From Sumerlaeia bacterium (GTDB lineage Bacteria; Sumerlaeota; Sumerlaeia; MVZB01), in NCBI GenBank assembly GCA_041687335.1, contig JAWLCE010000001.1:168619-232618 (forward strand): a stretch of 64,000 nucleotides of DNA, in the 5' to 3' direction. Position 1 is the first letter of the stretch; each line of letters starts with the position of its first letter. The translations under genes were made by a program, and so were the position numbers. The notes under the pieces were generated by a model, which did no database searches, was not told where the DNA came from, and saw only the letters and a program-made list of their open reading frames with translations. Shown here one piece after another: positions 47,382 to 57,117 of the stretch.

Positions 47382-49490
47382 TCAACCGACCGCCGCGCCC
47401 GCCACCAGCAAACGCGGGGCTTCTTCCACCAGCAGGTTCAGCTCCGCCCAGACGCGCTCGGCCTCGATCAGCGCCACTTCATGGTTGGCCGCCAGCCCGC
47501 GCTTCTCCTCAGGCGTCAGGTCCATCATGCAGGCGCGCAGCGTGCGGTGGATCGGCCGCCCCCAGCGATCGCGCCAGCGCCGCTCATCCATCGGCCCGTA
47601 AAGCGTCAGGCTCGGCACGTCCAGCGCGTGGGCCAGGTGCTGCGGCCCCGCGTCGACCGTCGTGATCGCGCGGCAGTGCGCCATCCAGGCAATCAGCTCG
47701 CTCAGCGGCGCCTGGCGCAGCAAGTGAATCCGGTCCGGGCAGGCGTCGGCCAGCGCGTCGAGCGGGTTCTGCTCGCCGATCGCATTGACCACGATCCGCC
47801 AGTCGGTCTGCTCCATGATCATCGCCGCCAGCCGTTGCCAGCCCTCGGCGGTCCAATATTTATAAGGCGTCCCGGCGTCGGTGTTGAACATCACCAGCGG
47901 CGGGCCTTCGAGCCCCTCGGCCAGCCAGCCATGCTGGCGCACCCGCCCGACCGTCGCCGGCTCGGGCGCCAGCCGCGCCGGCTCGGGCCGGCACTTGAGC
48001 CCAGCCACCTCGAACAGCCGGCACAGATTCTCGCTCTCGTGCAGCGCCAGGTTCTTGTGGACGCGCACACCCAGCCGCTTGATCCGCCACTGCCGCCGCA
48101 GCCCATGATCGTTGCCGAAGCCGATGATCGGCCGCGGCGGCCGCCGCAGCCCCGTCACCGTCCGGCCCCACGGCTCGTGCAGCCAGGGGGCGGTGATCGC
48201 GTCCGGGTTGACCTGCTCCAGCCAGCGCTGCATCCACGCCCGCGCCTCGGGCGAATCCGGGTCCAGTTCGGGCAGCACCGTCAGGTTGAGCCGATGCACC
48301 CCCCCCAGCGCCGTCCGCGCCGACGCCGGCGCCAACACGTAAAGGCCCAATCGGGGATTCGACCGCATCAGCCCGCGCAGCACCGACTGCAGGATCACCA
48401 GATCCCCCAGGTAACCCAGCGCGATGACCGCGATCCGCTCCACCCGCAGCGCCTGCGGCTTGACCGGCCGCGATCCCAACCACGGCCCCGCCAGCTCGCG
48501 CGCCATCGCCTTGAAAATTGCGAAGTCATGCCGCGTCGCCGCCGCCGCCAGCGCCGGCTGAAGCGCCAGCCACGGCAAGCTCGCCCCTCCGGTCAGGTGT
48601 CGCTCCGCCAGCGCCGCCAGCGCGTGCCCGTGGCGCTGGCGCGTCAGGCGGTGATAGTGCCAGTGCGCCCGCCGCGTCTCGGGCTGCTCCCAGATCGCCG
48701 CCACCTGCGCGGCCAGCTGCCGATACCACTGCGTCGCCAGCGGCGCGATGTCCTCGCGCCGACCCTGCCGCGCCGCCCAGGCCTGCCCGTCCAGCGCCGC
48801 CCGCCGCGACAGGTAGCGCAGGTCCAGCCGCATCGGGTCGATGGCGTGGCTGACCATCAGCAGCGGGTCGAATTTCGTCGCATAACCGTTCACGCGCAGG
48901 TTCTGCCACCACTGCGCGTCCTCGCGCCCGGTCAGGTAGCGCGCGCGCTCGTCCGCTCCCAGCCGCCCGCCGATCTCCTGGAATGGCAGCTGCCGACAGG
49001 CCTCGGCGCGCGCAAACAGGTTCGCCGTGAAGGGATAATGATACCGCCCCGCCTCCGGCCCCATTTGGCCCGGCACGCTGAGGCCCACCATCCAGCCCAT
49101 CTCCGGGTGCCACCATTCGGGCCAGCTCTCGATCCCATGCGGCTGCACGAGTCCGCCGACCGCATCGGCCCCCGCCAGCGCCGCCCGCCCGCGCGCCACC
49201 CAATCCTCGGCCGGCAGGCAATCGTCATCCAGGAACGCCACCAGCTCGCCGCGCGCCTGCGCCACGCCGAAGTTGCGCATCTCGGCCCAGCTGCCGTGTC
49301 CCTGCCACGTGATGTAGCGCAGCGCCGGGTGCGACCAGGTGCGAAAATAATTGGGGGTCCCGTCGGTCGACCCCGTGTCGATCAGCACGACCTCATCGCC
49401 GCCCTCCAGCTGGGGCAACAGGCGCTCCAGCCCGCGCAGCAGTCGCCCAAGCCGGTTGCAGGTCAGGATAATGATCGATAGGCTCGCCAT
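47382..49490 (-). CDS. bifunctional glycosyltransferase: N-terminal GT2 domain fused to C-terminal GT9 (heptosyltransferase-like) domain
   Basis: The N-terminus (SIIILTCNRLGRL...VVLIDTGSTDGT...AFLDDDC) is GT2 (DxD). The C-terminal half (RIAVIALGYLGDLVILQSVLRGL ... GVHRLNLT ... DAGPQHLAHALDVPSLTLYGP) is GT9/RfaF-like. Confidence 0.7.
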   Translation of the reverse strand: MASLSIIILTCNRLGRLLRGLERLLPQLEGGDEVVLIDTGSTDGTPNYFRTWSHPALRYITWQGHGSWAEMRNFGVAQARGELVAFLDDDCLPAEDWVARGRAALAGADAVGGLVQPHGIESWPEWWHPEMGWMVGLSVPGQMGPEAGRYHYPFTANLFARAEACRQLPFQEIGGRLGADERARYLTGREDAQWWQNLRVNGYATKFDPLLMVSHAIDPMRLDLRYLSRRAALDGQAWAARQGRREDIAPLATQWYRQLAAQVAAIWEQPETRRAHWHYHRLTRQRHGHALAALAERHLTGGASLPWLALQPALAAAATRHDFAIFKAMARELAGPWLGSRPVKPQALRVERIAVIALGYLGDLVILQSVLRGLMRSNPRLGLYVLAPASARTALGGVHRLNLTVLPELDPDSPEARAWMQRWLEQVNPDAITAPWLHEPWGRTVTGLRRPPRPIIGFGNDHGLRRQWRIKRLGVRVHKNLALHESENLCRLFEVAGLKCRPEPARLAPEPATVGRVRQHGWLAEGLEGPPLVMFNTDAGTPYKYWTAEGWQRLAAMIMEQTDWRIVVNAIGEQNPLDALADACPDRIHLLRQAPLSELIAWMAHCRAITTVDAGPQHLAHALDVPSLTLYGPMDERRWRDRWGRPIHRTLRACMMDLTPEEKRGLAANHEVALIEAERVWAELNLLVEEAPRLLVAGAAVG

Positions 49491-49748
49491 ACGTGATCAG
49501 ACTCCCCGAAAATCAACCAGGTTTGGGTCCCCGCGCCCTCGGGCGCAACCCCTCCCCAGAGTTTGCCCCAGCCCGCCCGCTCAGGCAAGCGGTAAGGCCC
49601 TTTCCTATGCTTATCGCCTCAATTCTTCGCCTCCTGCAGACTGAAAAACCCGAATCAATAACAAGTTGCCGGGGTCGCAGAGTCGGCGCCAAATAGATTT
49701 CTCTGCGATTCCTTTGCGCTCTTGGCATCTTGCGATTTAATCTTCCGC

Positions 49749-51035
49749 TCAAGTCGGCATCTCGGGCAGGTCGCACGCCGCCGGTTGCGAGTCCAACAGC
49801 CGCAGGTGCGGCAACCGCCGCCCGAAAAGCAGCCCCGCCCCCAGACAGCAGGTCCCCCCCAGCGCCAGCGTCGCCGGCGCCCCGATCAGATCCGCCAGCG
49901 CCCCAGCCACCAGGCTCCCGAACGGCGCCACCCCGATCAGCGCCATGATGTAAAGGCTCATCACCCGCCCGCGCATCCGATCCTCAACAATCGTCTGCAG
50001 GATTGTATTGCTCGAGGCCAGTTGCAGAATCAGCCCGAACCCCGCCACCCCCAGGAACAGCAGCGATAACCAGGTCACCCGCGACAGCGAGAACGCGATC
50101 AGCCCCGCCCCGAACAGGATTGCCGCCAACGCGACTGCCTTATCCAGCCCGCGCACCCCGCGCCGGGCTGCCAGCCAGATCGCCCCGCACAGCGCACCCA
50201 CCCCCGGCGCCGCCGCCAGAAATCCAAACAGGCTTGCCTCCCCGCCCAGCACCTTGGATGCAAAGACCGGCAGCAGCACCGTGTAGGGCATTCCCATCAG
50301 GCTGGTCAGCGCCACCAGCAGCAGCAGCGCCCGGATCGGGGCCGAGCGCCCCGCATACAGCAGCCCATCGCGCACCCCGCCCAGGAACGAGCCATCCTGC
50401 GCCGCCGGCTGCCGCGCCGCCAGCCGCATCGCCAGCAGCGCCCCGATCACCGCGATATAGCTGACCCCGTTGATTAAAAAGCAGACCTGCTCGCCCCACC
50501 TCGCGATCAGCAGCCCCGCCAGCGACGGCCCCACCAGCCGCGAGCCGTTGACCATCGATGAATTGAGCGCGATCGCGTTGGCCAAGTCCTCGCGGTCCCC
50601 GATCATGTCCACAAAGAAAGACTGGCGCGCCGGCAGGTCAAAGGCGTTGATGCACCCCAGCAGCAGCGCCAGCGGGATGACGTGCCAGACCGTGACCACC
50701 CCCGCATACACCAGCCCCGCCAGCGTCAGCGCCTGCGCCATTGCCAGCGCCTGGGTCAGCAGCAGGATGCGGTGGCGATTGAAGCGATCCGCGACCACCC
50801 CCGCCGCCGGCGTCAGCACCAGCGAGGGGATCTGCGTGCAGAAGCCGACGATCCCCAGCATCAGCGGCGACCCCGTCAGCCGATAGACCAGCCACCCCAT
50901 CGCCACGTGCTGCATCCAGGTGCCCGTCAGTGAAATGATTTGGCCGAAAAAAAAGAGCCTGAAATTGCGATGTCCCAGCGCGCGGACGATAAACGGCCAG
51001 CCTCGGCGTTGGGCGGCCGCCGGTGGAGTGCTCAT
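49749..51035 (-). CDS. MFS transporter
   Basis: Twelve TM segments and the MFS signature region (GVVADRFNRHRILLLTQ, the G-x3-D-R/K-x-G-R-like motif between TM2 and TM3). Confidence 0.8.
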   Translation of the reverse strand: MSTPPAAAQRRGWPFIVRALGHRNFRLFFFGQIISLTGTWMQHVAMGWLVYRLTGSPLMLGIVGFCTQIPSLVLTPAAGVVADRFNRHRILLLTQALAMAQALTLAGLVYAGVVTVWHVIPLALLLGCINAFDLPARQSFFVDMIGDREDLANAIALNSSMVNGSRLVGPSLAGLLIARWGEQVCFLINGVSYIAVIGALLAMRLAARQPAAQDGSFLGGVRDGLLYAGRSAPIRALLLLVALTSLMGMPYTVLLPVFASKVLGGEASLFGFLAAAPGVGALCGAIWLAARRGVRGLDKAVALAAILFGAGLIAFSLSRVTWLSLLFLGVAGFGLILQLASSNTILQTIVEDRMRGRVMSLYIMALIGVAPFGSLVAGALADLIGAPATLALGGTCCLGAGLLFGRRLPHLRLLDSQPAACDLPEMPT

Positions 51036-51167
51036 CGAGGGTTGGCTTTCATGACACGAAACATCCTGCCGAGCCGTCCCCCTATGGCGGAAGACCAGCT
51101 TTGCCCCAAATCATACCAACCCCAGCCCCCCGCTTTCGACGAAAAACCCGAAAATCATGGTTTGGCG

Positions 51168-52184
51168 TTATTCTTCTTCGGCGGGGGCGGTGAGCCAGCT
51201 CTCTAGCGCGGCCGGCCACCTCTCCGGCCAGGCGACGTCGAGCACGGCGGCCATATCGGGCGGCGGGCTGGAGAAAAATGTAAGTGGCTCTCCGGTAAGA
51301 GGGTGCTCGAAGCTCAGCCGGGCCGCGTGAAGCATCTGGCGCTCGGGCCAGACCGGCCCCAGCCCGTTCTTGACCGCCGTGTTGAGCGCCTGCGCAACCC
51401 GCTGGCGCGTCCAGCCATACTCCGGATCGCCCAGAATCGGTCGGCCGATCGACTGCAGGTGGACGCGAATCTGGTGCGTGCGGCCGGTGTGGAGCGTCAG
51501 TCCCAGCAGCGCCAGCCCCCCCGACTGCAGCAGCAGCCGCCAATCGGTGCGGGCCTCGCGTCCCTGACCCGGCCGTGCAATCCCAATTTTCTTGCGGTCG
51601 GTGGCGCGGCGGATCAGCGGGCGGTCGATCGTGCCGTCATTCTCGCCCATCTGCCCACTGACGATCCCCAGGTAACGGCGCCCGATGCGCCGCTCGGCCA
51701 TTGCGTCGATCAGCGCCAGGTAGGCCTGCTGGGTCTTGGCCGCGACCAGCAGGCCGCTGGTCAGCCCATCAAGCCGATGGACAATTCCCCAACGACCCTC
51801 CCCGCCCACGCCCGCCAGCCCCGGCCCACAGTGGGCCAGCAGGGCGTTGGCCAGCGTGCCGCCGGGATGGCCCGGCGCCGGATGGACAACGAGCCCGGCC
51901 GGCTTGTTAATGACGATGACCTGCTCATCCTCGTGCACGATCGCCAGCGGGATGGACTCGGGGCGCAGGCGCTCGGTGTCGGGGGTGGGAATGCTGTATT
52001 CAATGCGGTCGCCGGCGCGCACCTTGTAGCGGGCTAGCTGGAGCGCCCCATTGACGAGCACGCAGCCCGCCTCCAGGTCATGCTGAATCTGGTTGCGCGC
52101 GCGCTCGGGCAGGCGGTCGCTCAGCCAGCGGTCCAGCCGCAGCCCCGCATCCTCGGCGACGATGAAAAATTGGTTGGTGGTCAT
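51168..52184 (-). CDS. rluD: RluA-family 23S rRNA pseudouridine synthase (RluD-like)
   Basis: An S4-like N-domain and the catalytic motif HRLDGLTSGLLVAAKT (the HRLD-x-x-TSG family signature) are present. Confidence 0.8.
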   Translation of the reverse strand: MTTNQFFIVAEDAGLRLDRWLSDRLPERARNQIQHDLEAGCVLVNGALQLARYKVRAGDRIEYSIPTPDTERLRPESIPLAIVHEDEQVIVINKPAGLVVHPAPGHPGGTLANALLAHCGPGLAGVGGEGRWGIVHRLDGLTSGLLVAAKTQQAYLALIDAMAERRIGRRYLGIVSGQMGENDGTIDRPLIRRATDRKKIGIARPGQGREARTDWRLLLQSGGLALLGLTLHTGRTHQIRVHLQSIGRPILGDPEYGWTRQRVAQALNTAVKNGLGPVWPERQMLHAARLSFEHPLTGEPLTFFSSPPPDMAAVLDVAWPERWPAALESWLTAPAEEE

Positions 52185-52223
52185 GATGGGAACGAGACCG
52201 GCCGTGGCCGGTGCCGGCAAGGA

Positions 52224-52589
52224 TCAATCCTCCTGCTCGGCGTCATCCTCATCCTCGAAGCTCGGGTCGAGGTCATGCTCCTCATCGACGAGGATCTGGC
52301 CATCGTAGTCCTCGCCGTCATTGATGAGCTGCCGGAAACTTTTGCCCGGTTTGAAGGTGGCGATCAGCTTGGGGGGAATCTGGATGCGATCGCCGGTGCG
52401 CGGGTTGCGACCGTTGCGGGCCTTCTTGTGCTTGACGTAGAAGGTCCCAAAGCCGACCAGCGATATTTTCTCGCCCTGCTTGAGCCCATCCTTGATCGAA
52501 CCCAGGAAGATTTCGAGGGCGCAGATGGCGTCCTTGCGGCTCATCCCCGTGTTGTGGGCGACGCGGTTGACAATTTCGGCCTTCGTCAT
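52224..52589 (-). CDS. HU-family DNA-binding protein with acidic C-terminal extension
   Basis: MTKAEIVNRVA...GFGTFYVKHKKARNGRNPRTGDRIQIPP is the canonical HU arm. About 30 extra C-terminal residues are D/E-rich. The track ORF extends upstream to 52910, but the HU core starts at 52589. Confidence 0.85.
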   Translation of the reverse strand: MTKAEIVNRVAHNTGMSRKDAICALEIFLGSIKDGLKQGEKISLVGFGTFYVKHKKARNGRNPRTGDRIQIPPKLIATFKPGKSFRQLINDGEDYDGQILVDEEHDLDPSFEDEDDAEQED

Positions 52590-52908
52590 GATCGGTTCCT
52601 TTTCTGATGGGGCGGCGCAACAGGGCCGGCCGATGCCGGCGCATGATCCGCGCCCGGACAACGCCGACCTGCCTGCCTGCCCGCGCTGCCATCGTTCCCC
52701 GCCATGCTGGTCAAAATGAAGGCATGAGTCAAGAAAATCCCGCCACTCGTGCTCGTGCGCGATCCGCAGGCCATGGGCCGCCGCCACCGCCCCCACTGAG
52801 GGGTGGATTTTTTGGACCCCTTCCAGCATCATGAGGGGAGTTTCCCTGACCGCCGGATCGGGGATGTTTGGATCCGGCCCATTCTCTGCCACCGACAGGC
52901 TTTGTCGC

Positions 52909-55500
52909 ATGATTCACCCGACCCTCCTCCGGTTGCCAGTTGCCTTCCTGCTCGCCATTCTGCTGCTGCCGGCCTGGGCCACCGCCCAGCCGACTGCCCC
53001 CAGCGAGCCCCCCGACCGCATCGAGCGCTATCATTCCGACAACATGACCGGCGGTCTGGGTCTGGAACTGTCGCGACCACTGGCGGTGCGGGTCATGGGC
53101 AAGGAACGCCTGACGATGTTCGGCTCACGCCAGCGCCGGCCGGTGGGCCAAGCTCCGGTGCGCTTCCGGCTTGACCCCCAGGCCGCCGGCTGGGGCGCGC
53201 GCCTGCTCAGTGACAGCAGCTTGACCGATGCCGGCGGCATCGCCCGGGTTGGCTTGGTGCTGGGCAAGGTTCCCGGTCGCTATCTCATCCACGCCGAGGC
53301 CTTGGGAGCCGATGGCCAGCCGGCGGCCAAGACCACGCTGGCCGTCGTCGGCGGCGTCATCATCAGCGGCGGTGGCCAGGACGCCCGCAGCGGTGAGACT
53401 GTCGCCGAGCCGCTCAAGGTGATGGTCGAACGCGCCCCGGGGGAGCCGTTGGTGGGTGCCGAAGTCGCCCTGATCATCACCGAGGCTGCCGGCAAGGCGC
53501 GTGTGTCACCCGATACGGCCAGCACCAATGCCGATGGCGAGGCAGTCTTTCAGGTCACACCCGGCACTGAAAACGGCCGGACGACCCTGCACGTCAACGT
53601 CCAGCGTCCGATGGAGGACGCCTCCGGCCACAGGATCATGCTGGCCGAGGTCCCCGTCTCCTTCTACACGATCGCCCCGCTCAGCCTGTTCATCCTGATC
53701 GGCGGCGGACTGGCCATCTTCATTTTCGGCATGACCCAGCTTTCCGAAGCCCTCACGATGATTGCCGGTGAGAACCTGCGCCATTGGCTGAACCTGCTGA
53801 CGCGCAACCGGGTCCTGGGGCTGGCTGCCGGGGCGATCATCACCGGGCTGCTCCAATCCAGCTCGACCACCTCAGTGATGGTCATCGGCTTTGTCAATGC
53901 CGGCCTGTTCCAGCTACGCCAGGCTATCAGCGTCATCTTTGGCGCCAATATCGGCACCACCGTCACCGCGCAGATGATCTCGTTCAACCTGACCCACCTG
54001 GCATTACCCGCCATCGCGGCCGGCGTCATCATGCTGTTGGTCACGGCGCGGGAGCGGCCCCGCCACTGGGGCGTGGCACTGGTGGGCTTCGGCCTCATCT
54101 TTCTCGGCTTGGGCATGATGAGCTCCCCCCTCAAGGAGCTGCGCGACAGCCACCTGATGCAGAGCTTCTTTACCGGACTCTCCTGCGCCCCCATCGATGG
54201 TCAAATCCCACTGGGCCCGGTGCTCAAGTGCATCCTCATCGGCGCGGTGACGACAGCGGTCGTCCAAAGTTCCTCCGCCGCCATCGGCCTGCTGCTGACG
54301 CTGGTCGGCAGCGGCCTGCTCGACGTCTGGACCGCCTTCCCGATCCTGCTGGGCGACAACATCGGCACCACCGTGACGGCCATGCTCGCCTCAATCGGGA
54401 CCAACCGCACCTCGCGCCGGCTGGCGGTCAGCCACGTCCTCTTCAACGTGCTGGGCGTGATGGTGATGGTCCTGCTGTTGCTGGTGCCTTGGCACGGCCG
54501 GCCCATCTTCATGGAATTTATTAATTATATCACCCCCGGCGACGCCTTCATGGGCGAGAACGTCGAGCGCTGGCTGGCCAATGCCCACACCATGTTCAAC
54601 ATCAGCGCGGCGCTGATCTTCCTGCCCTTCATCGGCGCCTTCGCATGGGTCTCGACCGCGCTGGTGCGCAAGTCCAGCGAAGAGGGCGAGGAAGAGCGGA
54701 TCACCTACCTTGAACCGCACCTGCTGGCCACTCCGGTGCTGGCGATGGCACAGGTTTACCGTGAGCTCGGTTACATGAGCACCCAGGGGCGGCGCGCCCT
54801 GCGAATCGCCTCCGAAATCCTGGAGTCGGGCCCCAACTCCGCCTTCGAGCGCCAATACGAGCGGATTCACCGGCGCGAGGCGCGGCTGGACCGGCTACAG
54901 GACGAAATCCTGAATTACATCGAGCAGATCAGCCGGCGCCACCTGAGCGAGAACGAGAGCCGGTTGATCCCCCGACTCATTCACGCCGTCAACGACGCCG
55001 AGCGCATTGGCGACCGTTGCGTCGCGATCCTGAAGCTGCTGCGCCGGATCCATCGGCGCCAGATGGCCTTCGACCCCGCCACGGCCCAGGAGATTGGTGT
55101 GCTGTTCAACGCCGTGCTGCAGATGTATGACCATGTCGTGCGGGCACTCGAGGAAGGCGACCGCCGCTCGCTCGAACGCGCCCTCGCCCAGCGCAAGCAG
55201 GTCGGACTGATGGTCAAGGACCTGCGCAAGGCCCACCTGACCCGGCTCGAGGGTCGCCCTGACGAGCTGCGTTCCGGGATGACCTTCATCGAGATGATGA
55301 CCCACCTCGAGGAGGTCGCCGTCGCCCTCAGCAGCATCATCGCCGCCTATCAGGCCACCTTCGCCTGGGTCAGCCCCGAGCGCCCCATCCAGCCGCGCCT
55401 GCAGGAGCCGTCGGCCCAGCGCCCGCAACTGGATCACGCTGAGGATGAGGATTTCGATGAGGATGAACTGGTCGGCGCGACGGCCGATGATGAGACATGA
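52909..55500 (+). CDS. Na+/phosphate cotransporter-family protein (NptA-like) with N-terminal periplasmic Ig-like extension and C-terminal PhoU-like domain
   Basis: A signal peptide is followed by ~270 aa with beta-rich Ig/invasin-like repeats. Two Na/Pi-cotransporter repeats follow (GAIITGLLQSSSTTSVMVIGF; GAVTTAVVQSSSAAIGLLLTL). The C-terminus is a helical PhoU-like region. Confidence 0.75.
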   Translation: MIHPTLLRLPVAFLLAILLLPAWATAQPTAPSEPPDRIERYHSDNMTGGLGLELSRPLAVRVMGKERLTMFGSRQRRPVGQAPVRFRLDPQAAGWGARLLSDSSLTDAGGIARVGLVLGKVPGRYLIHAEALGADGQPAAKTTLAVVGGVIISGGGQDARSGETVAEPLKVMVERAPGEPLVGAEVALIITEAAGKARVSPDTASTNADGEAVFQVTPGTENGRTTLHVNVQRPMEDASGHRIMLAEVPVSFYTIAPLSLFILIGGGLAIFIFGMTQLSEALTMIAGENLRHWLNLLTRNRVLGLAAGAIITGLLQSSSTTSVMVIGFVNAGLFQLRQAISVIFGANIGTTVTAQMISFNLTHLALPAIAAGVIMLLVTARERPRHWGVALVGFGLIFLGLGMMSSPLKELRDSHLMQSFFTGLSCAPIDGQIPLGPVLKCILIGAVTTAVVQSSSAAIGLLLTLVGSGLLDVWTAFPILLGDNIGTTVTAMLASIGTNRTSRRLAVSHVLFNVLGVMVMVLLLLVPWHGRPIFMEFINYITPGDAFMGENVERWLANAHTMFNISAALIFLPFIGAFAWVSTALVRKSSEEGEEERITYLEPHLLATPVLAMAQVYRELGYMSTQGRRALRIASEILESGPNSAFERQYERIHRREARLDRLQDEILNYIEQISRRHLSENESRLIPRLIHAVNDAERIGDRCVAILKLLRRIHRRQMAFDPATAQEIGVLFNAVLQMYDHVVRALEEGDRRSLERALAQRKQVGLMVKDLRKAHLTRLEGRPDELRSGMTFIEMMTHLEEVAVALSSIIAAYQATFAWVSPERPIQPRLQEPSAQRPQLDHAEDEDFDEDELVGATADDET

Positions 55501-55551
55501 GGGGGCCGATTGGCCCCCTCGGCAATCACTCTGGACCTGATGCAATCAACG

Positions 55552-57108
55552 TTATCGCCGGGCGTGCAGCGCATTCCCCGTGACCGGAATCCGGGCGCCG
55601 TGGAGCGCTTGGGCCGCCAGCGCGTCGCTGGCCCCCAGCAGCGAGACCCCATGGGCTGAGATCTCGGTGGCGCGCCGCCGCGTCAGCGGGTCCTCCAGCT
55701 CAAACCAGAACTGCACCGGACCCGCCTGCTCCAGTCGATAGACAATCCGCGCGACCGTGCCGCCCGGGTAGTTGATCGGCCCGCCCAGCGATCCCACCCC
55801 ATAATCGATCAGCCCCTGGTCGGCCACAACCTGGTTGGCTTCAAAACGGTCAAACGGGAAGCTGTCGTGAAAGTCGCCATCAAAAATATTCACGCCCAGC
55901 CGGATATAATTGTCCTCGTCGGCATCCAGGATGCTGATCCGCTCGGGCTGGTAGCGGATGCGGAAGCGCAGCCGGTCGAAGGCCGCCGAGGCGGGGTTGA
56001 GCAGCACCACGTCGGCCGTGCCGATCTCGCCCGGAGCCAGCTCGCCATGATTGGGAATGATGGCCAACCGCACGCGCTGCAGCGGGTCCAGTTCAGTCAG
56101 CTCCTGGCTGGCGCGCAGGTCCGCGACAAAGCGCGAGCCATACTGCTCGACCTGCTGCGGTTCGATGCGCAGCACCATCCGCATGGCGGCGACTCCATCG
56201 AGCAGGCGACTGTCGAGGATGTTGCGCTCGCCGACGTAGGCCCCCACCTCGGCCTCGGCCGGCGCGGACATATCCAAAGCCGACTGGACGGTCGCCTCAT
56301 GCGCCCGCCAGTGAATCTGCGCCAGCGGCTGGATCGCCTCGCGCATCGGCTCGCCCAGCCGGGCCACGATCTGCACAAGCCCCTCCTCACGCCAGACGCG
56401 CGTCTGGACCGGCTCGGCCGCCTGGGCCTCCAGCCACTGGGTATCAACCCAGTCGGGCTCAAGGATGCGGGGATTGTAGCGCACCCACAGCTCGACCCGC
56501 TCGACCGGTTCGGTCTCGCGATTGTAAAGGGTCAGGGTCGATGCAAAACGGTCGCCGACCTGGCCCTCGAAGGAGCTGGGTTCGAAAAATATCGCATTGG
56601 AACGGGCGTCGGCAGGGATCGTCAGCCCCGGCAGTTTCTCGGCGGGGGCGCCCCGGCGGGCAACGGCGCCGCCGGCGGGAGCCTGCCGGGTGATGGTGAC
56701 CCGCTCCTCGCCGGCGCGCGCGCGCTCGGCGCCCTCAGCGGCCGCCTGCGGGGGCGGCTGGCCCGGTCGAATCCCTTCCATCGTCCCATAGGCCGACGAG
56801 CCGCGCGTGCGACGCGAGGTGGCCCTGTCGCGGGTGGAGCGACTGGCTGTCTGGCCCGCCCGGCGATCGCGCAGCGACGAAGTGCGAGCCCGCGAGCCGG
56901 GTTCCATCTGGCCGAAGCTCGACCCGCCGAGACCACCCGGTCTGCCGCGGTCGCCCAAGCGCGACTCCCGCACCCCCGCGCCATTGGTCGGCTGTTCGTC
57001 CTGGGCCGGCAGCGAGCCCGAAAAGGTGGCCAACAGCGCCAGCCCTGCCGCCGGCAGCAGTCGCCGCAGCCGCGAAATGACGGTCATTCGATTGATTTTC
57101 CGCATCAC
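55552..57108 (-). CDS. secreted hypothetical protein, Arg/Gly/Ser-rich linker plus two cohesin-like beta domains
   Basis: A signal peptide (MTVISRLRRLLPAAGLALLATFSGSLPAQDE) and a low-complexity R/G/S region precede C-terminal repeated ~100-aa beta-rich units. The fold assignment is a guess. Confidence 0.4.
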   Translation of the reverse strand: MMRKINRMTVISRLRRLLPAAGLALLATFSGSLPAQDEQPTNGAGVRESRLGDRGRPGGLGGSSFGQMEPGSRARTSSLRDRRAGQTASRSTRDRATSRRTRGSSAYGTMEGIRPGQPPPQAAAEGAERARAGEERVTITRQAPAGGAVARRGAPAEKLPGLTIPADARSNAIFFEPSSFEGQVGDRFASTLTLYNRETEPVERVELWVRYNPRILEPDWVDTQWLEAQAAEPVQTRVWREEGLVQIVARLGEPMREAIQPLAQIHWRAHEATVQSALDMSAPAEAEVGAYVGERNILDSRLLDGVAAMRMVLRIEPQQVEQYGSRFVADLRASQELTELDPLQRVRLAIIPNHGELAPGEIGTADVVLLNPASAAFDRLRFRIRYQPERISILDADEDNYIRLGVNIFDGDFHDSFPFDRFEANQVVADQGLIDYGVGSLGGPINYPGGTVARIVYRLEQAGPVQFWFELEDPLTRRRATEISAHGVSLLGASDALAAQALHGARIPVTGNALHARR

Positions 57109-57117
57109 GTCACACCT

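Noticed and set aside
47277-49481. 734-aa plus-strand ORF opposite the GT2-GT9 fusion gene
   Set aside because: Arg/Pro/Gln-rich shadow ORF. The minus-strand frame has clear GT2 and GT9 motifs.
52590-52908. GGGGTGGATTTTTTGGACCCC hairpin-plus-T-tract resembling a terminator
   Set aside because: It lies in a divergent promoter region: HU is on the minus strand to the left and the Na/Pi transporter on the plus strand to the right. In either orientation no gene ends upstream of it. It is more likely part of a leader or promoter than a terminator.
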